Source: a virus. From it: a DNA stretch of 64,000 nucleotides. The first letter of the stretch is position 1; each line of letters opens with the position of its first letter. A model generated the notes under the pieces. The model searched no databases. It was not told where the DNA came from and saw only the letters and a program-made list of their open reading frames with translations. The stretch covers positions 29,840 through 93,839 of the IMG/VR virus record IMGVR_UViG_3300022666_000353; one strand, written 5' to 3'. Below are positions 24,622-34,234 of this stretch, piece by piece. A program made the position numbers and the translations under genes.

Positions 24622-24813
24622 TTACACCTCGTCGGAGTTGCCCATCGTGGCCAAAATAAACTGAAGGGTCTGACCCAGAAGATTTTCTAACTGTTCGTCC
24701 GTAATTCCCATAGACTCAGCTAACATCCTCTGCTGTGCTGGGACTTTCAAATCAACGGTCAACACGGCGTACACAGGGTCTTTAAGTACAACCTTTAGCT
24801 TTGCTGGTTTCAT
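24622..24813 (-). CDS. hypothetical protein
   Basis: Translationally coupled ORF. Confidence 0.5.
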   Translation of the reverse strand: MKPAKLKVVLKDPVYAVLTVDLKVPAQQRMLAESMGITDEQLENLLGQTLQFILATMGNSDEV

Positions 24814-25103
24814 ACAACTAACCGTCCTAATCTTGTGATAACCGACACGTCCAAACTTTCTGGAGGAAGTTTCATACGTACGTACAGGGCCTCACGATAA
24901 GCTCGTTCTAATGCAGGTGTGACAAGGGGCTTTCCTGCCAACTCTCCCAGGTCGGCCCCCTGTCCTTTCAAGCGCATTGCAGCACCGTACGCGGCAGCGA
25001 TGTATATCAAAAGGTCGTACGACGGGTCGTCACTTTCTACCGTTAAAAAACCGTCAGTAACCGCCTTAGCGACCTCTTGAATACTCGCGCCGTAAGCTGC
25101 CAT
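24810..25103 (-). CDS. hypothetical protein
   Basis: Translationally coupled ORF. Confidence 0.55.
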   Translation of the reverse strand: MAAYGASIQEVAKAVTDGFLTVESDDPSYDLLIYIAAAYGAAMRLKGQGADLGELAGKPLVTPALERAYREALYVRMKLPPESLDVSVITRLGRLVV

Positions 25104-25504
25104 TAGAACGCGTATTCCTCGTCGTCGTCATCTTTTGAAGGCTTCGACTGGCCGGAGCCGCTCTTACCAGAAAGTTTCTTAAAGTCTTGCAGGGTGAACG
25201 TGGGGTACTCGCGTTCTTCCCCATCTTCAGTCTTGCCTTTCTGGAGGGAAAACTCCGTGGTTACGATGACCTTGTCACCTTTCTTCAGCAGCTTGTTAAC
25301 GGTCTCAGCCTGCGGACCCCAAGACGTTACGCGTATCCACGTCGTCTCCTCACGACCCTCGGCCCCATCCTTTCCGGGAATCCACTTCGTAACCGCGATT
25401 GAAAAATTTGTAACCGCCCGGCCAGACGCCAGATAACGCATCTCCGGGTCCCGGCCTAAGTTTCCAATAAACTGACACTGGTTTGCTAAATTAGCGAACG
25501 CCAT
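25103..25504 (-). CDS. ssb: single-stranded DNA-binding protein
   Basis: IGNLGRDPE.RY..SG.AV.NFSIAV; acidic C-terminal tail. Confidence 0.93.
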   Translation of the reverse strand: MAFANLANQCQFIGNLGRDPEMRYLASGRAVTNFSIAVTKWIPGKDGAEGREETTWIRVTSWGPQAETVNKLLKKGDKVIVTTEFSLQKGKTEDGEEREYPTFTLQDFKKLSGKSGSGQSKPSKDDDDEEYAF

Positions 25505-25531
25505 TACAACACTCTCCTTTCGGGACGCATC

Positions 25532-25588
25532 TTTACATAAGTTATGTTTCTGTGCTATAATTATATAATGGTTTTAATAATTTGTAAA
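25532..25588. promoter_or_regulatory. overlapping divergent sigma70 promoters
   Basis: TTTACA-N18-TATAAT on + and TTTACA-N17-TATAAT on -, sharing the palindrome TATAATTATA. Confidence 0.75.
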
Positions 25589-25601
25589 GAGGGAAAAATT
25601 T

Positions 25602-25847
25602 ATGGGTGTAGACTACAAACTAGAAAGCACGTTGTTAGACCGTCTGTTGTTGATAAACCTGATTAAGCAGCTAACGGCGAAACAACAGGCCACTGTTGCC
25701 CTACGAGCAGCCGGCTACAAACACAAAGAGATTGGTGCGATTTTTGGAATGACGCCTGCGTCAATCGGGTTCATTGAACGCCACGCCTTGCTCAGACTCC
25801 AACAACTTATACGGGAACAAAGCAATGACACAATCACACTTTCATAG
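25602..25847 (+). CDS. stand-alone sigma70 region-4 HTH protein
   Basis: LTAKQQATVALRAAGYKHKEIGAIFGMTPASI...RHALLRL. Confidence 0.8.
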   Translation: MGVDYKLESTLLDRLLLINLIKQLTAKQQATVALRAAGYKHKEIGAIFGMTPASIGFIERHALLRLQQLIREQSNDTITLS

Positions 25848-26097
25848 TTGCATGGCTTGTGGGAAAACAATCACGTGGGCATTCGCAATATGCGAAGACT
25901 GTGAGCGTATTTACGGAACGCGTACCCCACAGTGGCCGGAGTGGTTAAAGTTTCTGTGGCGTGACGAAGCGCGTAAACGCAGGCAAGCAAAACGTCGTAG
26001 CCAGTTCGAAGTTGCAGTAGACGCAGAGGTTCTCGACAACTTACGGGAAGAGGAATCAGGACGCAAAATTGCCGCACTCTTCGAAGAAATGAAATAA
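25825..26097 (+). CDS. Zn-finger protein coupled to the sigma4 gene
   Basis: CMAC-x10-CEDC, then helix WPEWLKFLWRDEARKRR. Confidence 0.7.
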   Translation: MTQSHFHSCMACGKTITWAFAICEDCERIYGTRTPQWPEWLKFLWRDEARKRRQAKRRSQFEVAVDAEVLDNLREEESGRKIAALFEEMK

Positions 26098-26244
26098 CAA
26101 ATTTGCGTGGAAATTTTCACGCAAATTGCAGTGCCGCACGTGAAGGTAGTTTAGATTTTTCATGCAATTCTATGAAAAAACAAAATTGCAATATCTGCCC
26201 ACAAAAAACCAGTGTATTTGCACAGTTTTTTGCAAAGGAGTGTT

Positions 26245-27060
26245 ATGAGTAACGACATCGTTCCAAAAGGGGAACCTATTACAAGCGACGAGGAGTGGCA
26301 GTCGATTGTTGAAAAGTTAGTTAACGAACTAAGGCCGTCAGAACTACCTGACAAAGTGGTTCGTGCAACAGAATATCTTCTTTCAGGCTGGCCGCGTTAT
26401 AAGGTGGCTCGTCAACTGCACGTTGACACAGCGACGATACGCAACTGGATTACGGAGTACCCCAGTGTGGCAGCTACGCTGGCGCTTAGAGACAAGCTGC
26501 TCACTAAGTGGAGACTGGGAAAACTAGAACAGCAGTTCCAGCTTGCCATGGAGCGGTCGGAAGAAATTCTCAACATGGAGTTGGACGGAACCTACGTCAA
26601 CAGGGACGGAGAAAAGAGCTACGCAAATCCGAAGGTTCTACCGGTTCTTGCAGCGCAGGTGCGTTACATGATTGGCCTGGCGGTAGGACAGAAACTGGAT
26701 ATTCGCGTAACACACGAGATGGGGGAGACTGTGCTTAAGGCGCGACAGGATGCGCTTGATTACCTGGCGGACAGGCTGTCTGAAAAAGACGAACCGGTAG
26801 AAGTTACGTACCGCGTTATTGACGAGAGAAGAGACACAGTGGGACCGGTGTTAAACGAACACGGTGAGCCGCCATTCGGGAAGATGGGTGAACTCGACAC
26901 CAACGAAGAGGGCACACAGTGCCACGTGTGCGGAAAACGGTTTAACGGTACAGGGCTTGTCAAACACATATCAGCCGCGCACGACACGACCGTAGAGGAT
27001 TACGAACTGCTCTACATGCTTCCTGAAGGAGCCGTTCGTAGCCTGGGCAGGGACATTTAG
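26245..27060 (+). CDS. probable terminase small subunit (HTH; C-terminal C2H2/Ros-like finger)
   Basis: HTH KVARQLHVDTATIRNW; CHVC...H...H; directly upstream of TerL. Confidence 0.65.
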   Translation: MSNDIVPKGEPITSDEEWQSIVEKLVNELRPSELPDKVVRATEYLLSGWPRYKVARQLHVDTATIRNWITEYPSVAATLALRDKLLTKWRLGKLEQQFQLAMERSEEILNMELDGTYVNRDGEKSYANPKVLPVLAAQVRYMIGLAVGQKLDIRVTHEMGETVLKARQDALDYLADRLSEKDEPVEVTYRVIDERRDTVGPVLNEHGEPPFGKMGELDTNEEGTQCHVCGKRFNGTGLVKHISAAHDTTVEDYELLYMLPEGAVRSLGRDI

Positions 27061-27074
27061 CACAAACTGTGTCC

Positions 27075-27090
27075 AAATCGTTTGGAGGGT
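27075..27090 (+). promoter_or_regulatory. late-promoter motif (degenerate copy)
   Basis: AAATCGTTTGGAGGGT upstream of terL. Confidence 0.5.
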
Positions 27091-27121
27091 GCAGTGACAT
27101 TTTTCTTGTGGAAAACATAAT

Positions 27122-29050
27122 ATGAGAGCTGAACAATTACAAAGCCTAACAAAACGCGACCCGCTGGCCTTCGGAGTAGCTTACGTAGATTTACTGGAAG
27201 ACCGACACTGGGAAGTATCAACCAGGGCGTGGGCTACAGAAATATACCAGGCAGTCAACCCGTGGTATATAGAGCGTGACCCAATTGGACGCGCCCGGCG
27301 CTTGGTGGTTACGAAATCAACGCAGGCCGGTATCAGTACAATGGCACTTACGAAGATGCTGCACTTTGCCACCAACTGGCCTGTCCGTATTTTCTACACA
27401 CTGCCGCGCCAGCAAGATGTGCTGGACATGGTAACCACACGTATGGACCCGATGATTGCAGCGTCACCGTACCTGCGGTCCAAACTTGGACAACCAGACA
27501 GCGCACATGCCAAGAGAATAGGTGATAGCTATGTATTCTTTATGGAGCTCAGTGTAGAGCCCCGTATGATGCCGGCTGATTCGTTGTTCGTGGACGAGGT
27601 TGACCTGAGTAACCCGGACTTTATGAGCACGGCGCTCAACCGCCTGGATGCTTCCAGATGGAAACTATCAACCTATCTATCCACGCCTACTGTACCCAAT
27701 TATGGCATCCACGGTCTATACAATGCGTCTGATATGCGCCAGTGGTTCGTTAAGTGCCCGGCATGTAATCACGAACAGACGCTTGACTGGGAACAGAACC
27801 TCCGAGTTGTGGGTGCACAAAACAATCCTACGCGTGTGTACTACGCATGTACTCAGTGCGGGGAAGAGTTGACGGTTCCGCACATACAGACCGGGCGTTG
27901 GGTAGCCGAACATCCAGAACGCTCTGACGACGTTGTTGGGTACCATGTCCACCAGATGCTCACTACACCCGCATGGGACATGTACAAAATATACAGAGAC
28001 CCCCAGACTAAATTGGTGGAGTTCTACCGCAAGCGATTAGGCAAACCGTATGAAATTGGCGGAGGGTCTCTCGAGCGGGACGACATCCTGGCTACCTGCT
28101 TTGATGCACCATACGACCCGGAGCCGGGATGGGACGGTAAGTCTACGTACTACCTCGGGGCTGACCAGGGAAACGAACTTCAGGTGCTGGTGTCCAAAGT
28201 CGATAAAAATAGTCGCAGACCGAAGATTGTGCATATCGAACTCATTCCGATGAACAAAGGGTTTGATAGGCTTGCGCAACTTATTGACCTGTACCACGTT
28301 CGAAAGGCTGTTGTAGATGGAAGTCCAAACCGGCATGAATCTATACGGTTGGTAAAACGCTTCCCGGGACGGGTGTTGATTGCAGACTACATTGAACAGA
28401 AAGAACCTTACATTGCCAAACGCGGAATGAAAGAGTTCCCCGACGTTCTTACAAATGTAACCATCAACCGAACAACAGGGTTCGATGGACTGATGGCGTC
28501 TATTAAAGACGGGCAGTGGCAACTTCCAGGAACACCACCCAACCTAAGCCCAGACGTTGAGTTAGTGATTGACCATCTCACCGCGCTTAAACGCGACATC
28601 GAAACCAGGCGCACACAATCCGGCGAAACCCAGGTGGCCGTGTGGCGTAAGCTACGAGCAGAGCACCTCGCGCACGCCTGGTTATACATGAAAACCGCGA
28701 TGGAAGTAGAGAAGGGTCGCACCATGCGTGTCGCAGTTATTGGTAGCCATACTGCATCCGAACCCACGCCTGATACGGGAGACGTGTACAGACCAAAAGA
28801 CGAAACCATCGTGGGTATAACAGAGTTCCTGGCTGAAGTTCCCAAAGAGCAGCTATCAGAGTTTTTGGGGCACTACGCAGCAGGAGAACAATACGACCTG
28901 CCGTTCCCGTTATCCTATAAACTTAAGCGTGTTCTGGACCAGGGTTACGAAGACCAGGACATTGCTTGGGTCATGGAACTTTTAATAAACCAGAAGAAAA
29001 GCGCACCGAAGGTATTGACAGTTGATAGAAACGATGCTATAATTATATAG
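27122..29050 (+). CDS. terL: terminase large subunit (lambda GpA-like)
   Basis: KSTQAGIS Walker A, VDEVD Walker B, STP motif, CxxC insert, GADQG nuclease. Confidence 0.9.
   Translation: MRAEQLQSLTKRDPLAFGVAYVDLLEDRHWEVSTRAWATEIYQAVNPWYIERDPIGRARRLVVTKSTQAGISTMALTKMLHFATNWPVRIFYTLPRQQDVLDMVTTRMDPMIAASPYLRSKLGQPDSAHAKRIGDSYVFFMELSVEPRMMPADSLFVDEVDLSNPDFMSTALNRLDASRWKLSTYLSTPTVPNYGIHGLYNASDMRQWFVKCPACNHEQTLDWEQNLRVVGAQNNPTRVYYACTQCGEELTVPHIQTGRWVAEHPERSDDVVGYHVHQMLTTPAWDMYKIYRDPQTKLVEFYRKRLGKPYEIGGGSLERDDILATCFDAPYDPEPGWDGKSTYYLGADQGNELQVLVSKVDKNSRRPKIVHIELIPMNKGFDRLAQLIDLYHVRKAVVDGSPNRHESIRLVKRFPGRVLIADYIEQKEPYIAKRGMKEFPDVLTNVTINRTTGFDGLMASIKDGQWQLPGTPPNLSPDVELVIDHLTALKRDIETRRTQSGETQVAVWRKLRAEHLAHAWLYMKTAMEVEKGRTMRVAVIGSHTASEPTPDTGDVYRPKDETIVGITEFLAEVPKEQLSEFLGHYAAGEQYDLPFPLSYKLKRVLDQGYEDQDIAWVMELLINQKKSAPKVLTVDRNDAIII
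29015..29043 (+). promoter_or_regulatory. consensus sigma70 promoter inside the end of terL
   Basis: TTGACA-N17-TATAAT with TGn extension. Confidence 0.85.
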
Positions 29051-29735
29051 CATTATTTAAAATTGTTAGGTTGGTCAGTAAACCTAACGCACATACAGCA
29101 ACACACCTCGCTGGGTGGGCCAAGTTTCTGCGGAAGCGCGTAGGCTCCCCCCGGGAAGCGGCTGACGCGGCACCGGTTCCTGTACTTCCTCGTTATCACG
29201 ATAGTGCAGAGACAAACTGGCGGTACGTTGACTGGGCTTTGCCGCCCGCTCAACATCACAGGCTCACCCCAGAGTGAGCGAAACGAGTCTGTGTCCAACT
29301 TAAAGCTCACAAACCACCCGAACCCCCCGTCCTGCTTGGGGGCGTAGCGAAGACCCGATGACACAACGTCGGTCACCTGATAACGGCAGACCTGGGCAGG
29401 TCAATATAAGCTACGCTTTGAATGCAAACATTCTTAACCTCCCCCGGATAGGGGGATTCTACCTACCTGCCGAGGTGACGAGTACGTTATACCCGACGCA
29501 GTACGTCATATCTGTATAAAGGAACTAACAGATATAAGACACAGGGCGGCAGGTGTGAAGATACCCATACTGCGCTGTGACTATCTTATACAGTTAGTTT
29601 CATTAGCACATTTATTCTAAGATAGTACGAATGAATAATAGGCCGCTGTGTAATCTTATTATTATTTTTATGTACCGTCAGGTAGATTGTTACACAGTCA
29701 ACCCCTGTGACTAAGGGATAGTTATACCTATTTTT
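29050..29735 (+). ncRNA. candidate large structured ncRNA (or structured origin)
   Basis: No SD-led ORF; at least 12 helices including GTTAGGTT/AACCTAAC, GCGTAGC/GCTACGC, ACCTGCCG/CGGCAGGT. Confidence 0.55.
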
Positions 29736-29746
29736 ATGGAGGTGGT

Positions 29747-30031
29747 ATGTTTTTAGTGACGAACAAACAGGTTGAGACGTTTGTACGAAAACTCCTGGAG
29801 GAAGAACGCGGCGCTTTTGGCGACGTGGTAGAGGCGGCTATTCAGCACATGCTTAAGGACAGATTGCCAGATTATGTGCATGAGCTGGACCCAAAGAAAT
29901 CTTACATCCTTGTTTTGCCGGAGAGCCTGCCATCGGATGATGTGCAGACGCTGTTGAAATCGCTGCGCGATGTGGATGTTAACCTTTTTGTAGTTCAGTC
30001 CGACAGTGTGAAAATCGTGGAGTTTAACTAA
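29747..30031 (+). CDS. hypothetical protein
   Basis: SD GGAGGT. Confidence 0.65.
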   Translation: MFLVTNKQVETFVRKLLEEERGAFGDVVEAAIQHMLKDRLPDYVHELDPKKSYILVLPESLPSDDVQTLLKSLRDVDVNLFVVQSDSVKIVEFN

Positions 30032-30657
30032 TGGCGGATAAAAGTATTTGTTACCTGGATATTGAGACCAGCGGTTTGTACCCGAACTCCGGGCATGTTA
30101 TTCTGTCTATTGGAGCTGTGGTTGACCGCGGCACCAAGAAGAACCCTATCGCTGAGTTTTACGTAGAGATTGCACCAACGGCTGCGCAGTGGCAGCACGC
30201 TGCTGATGCAGCCTTACGTGTTAACGGCATGACTTGGGAGCGGCTTCAGCAGAATGGTAAGCCTTTTAACCAGGCGTCCGACGAGTTCTCTGCGTTCCTC
30301 GTAGAGAACAAAGTAAAAACAGGTAAGGCCGTCATTGTTGGGCACTACCCTGCGTTCGATATGGGTTTTCTCGAACACTATATGCGCGGAGCACTGGACT
30401 TCATTGACTTCCCAACCTCGGCTGAGGACGTTATTGATGTGTTCGACCTCTATTCCATTCTTATGAACCGGCGTGTTGTTCCCTTCTTGAACCGCAGGCG
30501 TGGTGAAATGACGGCTAAAACTGTGGCGCGAAACCTAGGGGTTCAGGAGGAGCCGGAAGTTCACAATGCTCTTGAAGGTGCCCGCCTTGCGCAGAGGAAC
30601 TACGAACGTGCGATGTCGTTGATAAACACAGGTGGTCAAGATGGTACAACGGGGTAA
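30031..30657 (+). CDS. DEDDh 3'-5' exonuclease
   Basis: DIETSG, GH..FD..FL, HNAL. Confidence 0.85.
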   Translation: MADKSICYLDIETSGLYPNSGHVILSIGAVVDRGTKKNPIAEFYVEIAPTAAQWQHAADAALRVNGMTWERLQQNGKPFNQASDEFSAFLVENKVKTGKAVIVGHYPAFDMGFLEHYMRGALDFIDFPTSAEDVIDVFDLYSILMNRRVVPFLNRRRGEMTAKTVARNLGVQEEPEVHNALEGARLAQRNYERAMSLINTGGQDGTTG

Positions 30658-30985
30658 TAAAAATATGGCGATACTAACAGGAGAACCCGTTCGTGTTTAT
30701 ATAGAGACGAAGGACGGTGCTGTACGAGAAATAACCGGGCACGTTATTTCCGTTAGCATATCCCCGTCTTACAGCGATATGGTAGAAGCAACGTTTTCTG
30801 TTCTGAGCGACAACATTAGCTTTCTTGAGCCAGCACAGATGAGCGACGTTGTCAACGACGCCCGTACTGCAAAAGAGTGGAGGTGCCCACATTGTGGGAA
30901 TGTTAACCCACGTTCGGCAAGGTACTGTGGTGCCGCGGACTCCAGCATGGGCTGCCGCGCCGCCAGGCCGTTCTTATATAGTTAA
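30641..30985 (+). CDS. hypothetical protein with C-terminal zinc ribbon
   Basis: WRCPHCG..N.....C. Confidence 0.6.
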   Translation: MVQRGNKNMAILTGEPVRVYIETKDGAVREITGHVISVSISPSYSDMVEATFSVLSDNISFLEPAQMSDVVNDARTAKEWRCPHCGNVNPRSARYCGAADSSMGCRAARPFLYS

Positions 30986-31029
30986 GGTACGCTGGCTAAC
31001 AAACTAAATTAAGGTACCCCTGTAGCACA

Positions 31030-31058
31030 AAAAAGACCTCATAATCGGGGTCTTTTTT
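31030..31058 (+). terminator. intrinsic terminator
   Basis: AAAAAGACCTC...GGGGTCTTTTTT. Confidence 0.7.
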
Positions 31059-31060
31059 AT

Positions 31061-31087
31061 TTTCCTTGTGAAAACCGTTTGAAGAGT
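31061..31087 (+). promoter_or_regulatory. late-promoter motif
   Basis: TTTCC-N10-CGTTTGAAGAGT before the portal gene. Confidence 0.75.
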
Positions 31088-31128
31088 GCAGGGAAAAACT
31101 ATGTGTAGACCAATAGGGGAGGCATAAG

Positions 31129-32745
31129 GTGCCGTCGATTTATAGTGTCCGTAAGAAGAAACAGAATAGTGTAGCAATCACACGGTCACCTAGCCCTGTT
31201 ATGGTCGGCGGTCAGTCGTTCTTAAGTCGTGACCTAAACCCAACCATTCTCCGCTTCGTAGAGTTCTGGGAACTGATTGACGTTGTAGAAAAGCATGGAT
31301 ACCTACGGGCGGCCATGTCCGTTGTTGGTCGTTCTACGGTGGGGACCTGGTGGACACTTCGCAGACATGCGGAGTACGGAAAACGTGCGCCAGACAGGCA
31401 CCGTCGCCGGCTGATTAATTTTTATATGCCGAATAAAAAGGAATGGAACAACATCAAGGATTTCCAGACCTTTGCGTATAAGCTGATGATTGGCGCGATG
31501 TATTTAAAATTAGTGGGGCAGGTTGCGTATCACATTATACGTGACGCCAACAATCAGGCGGTTGGTCTTGACCACCTGCCAGGATTAGTTATCCCTAACG
31601 TTGACAGCAGCGGCTATTTTAAAACCCCCGCGTTTGTTCAGTACCCAACCAAAAATCCCAAAGACGCTGTATTCTTCAACAACCCCCGTGACATTGTTTT
31701 TATTACAACGCCAGACTGGCGCGGTTCTCCTATGGGTGGTTCAGACATCGAGGCGCTGACAGAGTATATACTCCCGCTGGATATTTACCTGCAAGTGGCT
31801 GCCCGCGATTACATGAAGAACCGTGACAAGCCAGAGGTGGTGTACGAGTTAGCTCCTGATATTAGTGAAGAGGGGTTCAACAATTTTGTAGAGGAGCTCA
31901 ATGCCCGTCACTCTGGTCCTGCGAACATGGGTCGTAACCCCATTGCGGTACAGGGCGAATTTAAAGTACACGAGCTGCGACCGTACCCCAACTCACTGCC
32001 GTACCAGGATTCTCGTAAGGCTGCTCGGGAGGAAGAGCTGGCTGTGGCCGGCGTCAGCGGTGCCAAAATGGGCATCTCTGACCAGATGGCCAGTGCCAAC
32101 ATTCGTGAGTTGCGCCGCGAGTTCCATGAAACTTCGATGCGCCCGTTATTCCGGCTTATCGAAATCGCGTTTTACGAACAGATACACGTGCGTGAGTTTG
32201 GGTTTATGGGGTGGGAGTTCACATTCAGCAACCCAGATTTCCTGAGCGCCGTTGAGCGTGCCACTGTGGACATGCGGTATCACGATATGGGTGTTCTTAC
32301 TCCAAACGAAATTCGTCACGACAGCTTGGATAAAGAGCCGCGCAAGGACGAACAGGGTGATATGTACGTAGACCAGGGGTCGGACGCGGAAGACTCAGAA
32401 CCGACAGATTACCCAGGCAGTCCTCCAGAAGGCAGACCGGTAGAACCTGACGACCCATCGCAAACCGGTGAACCCACGCTGGACGACCAAGACCCACCGA
32501 GAGGGGACGGTCACGATGAAACGACACGTGACAACGTTCTGCGCGAACTACGTCAGTGGCGTACTTTTGTTATTCGACGTATGCGTTATGGACGTAAGAC
32601 ACGAGATTTCAATACTCGGGAAATTCGCCCAGAATTGCGTGACTTAATTAAAGAATACGTGGGCAGGGCTGTGTCTCCGTCGGAGGTGACGCAGATATTC
32701 AATGAGGTTATCGAAGCAGTAGAGGAGGCTTACGATGCAAGCTAA
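31129..32745 (+). CDS. portal protein (HK97-like)
   Basis: G.S.IEA, HSGPANMG, GVLTPNEIR; position after terminase. Confidence 0.85.
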   Translation: MPSIYSVRKKKQNSVAITRSPSPVMVGGQSFLSRDLNPTILRFVEFWELIDVVEKHGYLRAAMSVVGRSTVGTWWTLRRHAEYGKRAPDRHRRRLINFYMPNKKEWNNIKDFQTFAYKLMIGAMYLKLVGQVAYHIIRDANNQAVGLDHLPGLVIPNVDSSGYFKTPAFVQYPTKNPKDAVFFNNPRDIVFITTPDWRGSPMGGSDIEALTEYILPLDIYLQVAARDYMKNRDKPEVVYELAPDISEEGFNNFVEELNARHSGPANMGRNPIAVQGEFKVHELRPYPNSLPYQDSRKAAREEELAVAGVSGAKMGISDQMASANIRELRREFHETSMRPLFRLIEIAFYEQIHVREFGFMGWEFTFSNPDFLSAVERATVDMRYHDMGVLTPNEIRHDSLDKEPRKDEQGDMYVDQGSDAEDSEPTDYPGSPPEGRPVEPDDPSQTGEPTLDDQDPPRGDGHDETTRDNVLRELRQWRTFVIRRMRYGRKTRDFNTREIRPELRDLIKEYVGRAVSPSEVTQIFNEVIEAVEEAYDAS

Positions 32746-33046
32746 TAATGGCTGGTTGTGCCCAAAGTGTGGGCACGTGCTAGGCAAGATGTTGGGTGGG
32801 GAATTATACCCGTCATCTGACGCGGTGGATGTACACACTGCGGGTCCCAATCTGAACGTTACTTGTCCAGATTGTGGGAACGTAAAAGTGTTCTACACCA
32901 GTGACCCTGTTGTTCGTGCTGTTTATCAGTTGACTGGTGCAGTGGCTGACGTTGCAGCGCGGAGCATGATTGCGCAGGTAGGTCGGTCTCTTCATACCGA
33001 CGTTCCTGAAATTTTACAGGGTCTAAAGGACAAAACAAATTCGTGA
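32735..33046 (+). CDS. Zn-ribbon protein (Com-like)
   Basis: CPKCG..LG...CPDCG. Confidence 0.6.
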   Translation: MQANNGWLCPKCGHVLGKMLGGELYPSSDAVDVHTAGPNLNVTCPDCGNVKVFYTSDPVVRAVYQLTGAVADVAARSMIAQVGRSLHTDVPEILQGLKDKTNS

Positions 33047-33054
33047 TTTTGTTT

Positions 33055-33080
33055 TTTCCACGTGAAATCGTTTGAAGAGT
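33055..33080 (+). promoter_or_regulatory. late-promoter motif
   Basis: TTTCC-N9-CGTTTGAAGAGT. Confidence 0.75.
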
Positions 33081-33092
33081 TTAGGAGTTTAG

Positions 33093-33359
33093 ATGGCGAA
33101 AAACATCACAGTCAAGTATCGGGCCGGAACTGCGTACGCCAGGGGAACAACCATTGACCCTTATTTGACGGACGAGGACCGCGAGGTACTTTATGAAAAG
33201 TGGGACAATGCCTGGGGTTATCCACAGGAGTTTCATGGTGGGGACACAGCCATTACGTGTGAAATGGTCATTGAAGTTAGTGAGGGTAACCTCGCTAAGG
33301 TCTTTGGAAAATCACGCGCCGGAAGAATTTTAACTGCGGCACGTAGCAACGCTGGATAA
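33093..33359 (+). CDS. hypothetical protein
   Basis: SD AGGAG. Confidence 0.6.
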   Translation: MAKNITVKYRAGTAYARGTTIDPYLTDEDREVLYEKWDNAWGYPQEFHGGDTAITCEMVIEVSEGNLAKVFGKSRAGRILTAARSNAG

Positions 33360-33370
33360 GGGGATAACAA

Positions 33371-34231
33371 ATGACTGACATTAATTACACGTTAGGGCAG
33401 CCGTTTTCATTTATGCAATCATCGAGCGTTTCCATGCTCGACGGGCGCTTCGAAGCCACCATTAGTATTTTCGACGCAGGTGTGCGCGTTCTTCGCATTT
33501 CAGAGGCCAACAGCAATGTTTTGATTTCGCGGCAGGAGGACAGTATCACGTTTTTAACTGCGGCCAACGTCATGTCTGGACTTACAGCAAAAACGTATAC
33601 ATACAGTGTTCGCCTGATGAAGCCTGACCTGGCCGAGATTGAGTTAGCGTCAGGAAACCTCGTCGTTTACGGAACGCCTTCAGTTACGCGGCCCGCTGCG
33701 GGTACGCTTACGTTTGCTTATCCTATGCACTACCGGATTACTCCGGTCAATGCGGGCAACACGACGGTACACGCTGCGATTACGCTGCCTGACGCAGATA
33801 CTTTGGACGTAGCTACAGCTATTACTAACCCTGATTATCCCCGCGTGCTGTCCATTACTGGAAGCGCGTCGGGCATTACGGGTAATGTAGTTATTACCGG
33901 AACCAACATTAACGACGAGGCCATTACAGACACCATTGCCCTGAGTGGGGCGTCCACGGTTAATGGTACCAAGGCTTTTAAGACGGTCACAAACATCAAC
34001 GTGCCGGCCAAGACCAACGCTTCTGGAGACACGGTTGCTGTAGGCGTCACCAAACTTATCGGCTTGCCTCATGTGGTAGCGTCCGTAGCTCAGGTATTCC
34101 TGAAGATTTTTGATGGCACCGCTGAAACCGGCACGGTCGCAAGGGATAATGCCGTTGAGAAAAACCTGTACACCATTGCTGGAACCCCCAACGGCGCGAA
34201 GATTGTGGATATTTATTACTACCAGGGGTAA
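33371..34231 (+). CDS. virion structural/decoration-like beta protein
   Basis: Thr/Gly/Val-rich; ITGT...D.I.L.G...G.KAFKTVT motif; located in the head module. Confidence 0.55.
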   Translation: MTDINYTLGQPFSFMQSSSVSMLDGRFEATISIFDAGVRVLRISEANSNVLISRQEDSITFLTAANVMSGLTAKTYTYSVRLMKPDLAEIELASGNLVVYGTPSVTRPAAGTLTFAYPMHYRITPVNAGNTTVHAAITLPDADTLDVATAITNPDYPRVLSITGSASGITGNVVITGTNINDEAITDTIALSGASTVNGTKAFKTVTNINVPAKTNASGDTVAVGVTKLIGLPHVVASVAQVFLKIFDGTAETGTVARDNAVEKNLYTIAGTPNGAKIVDIYYYQG

Positions 34232-34234
34232 ACG

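Noticed and set aside
29270-29510. Hammerhead ribozyme
   Set aside because: GAAAC and CTGA/TGACGA fragments occur, but not as CUGANGA-stem II-GAAA in the correct order.
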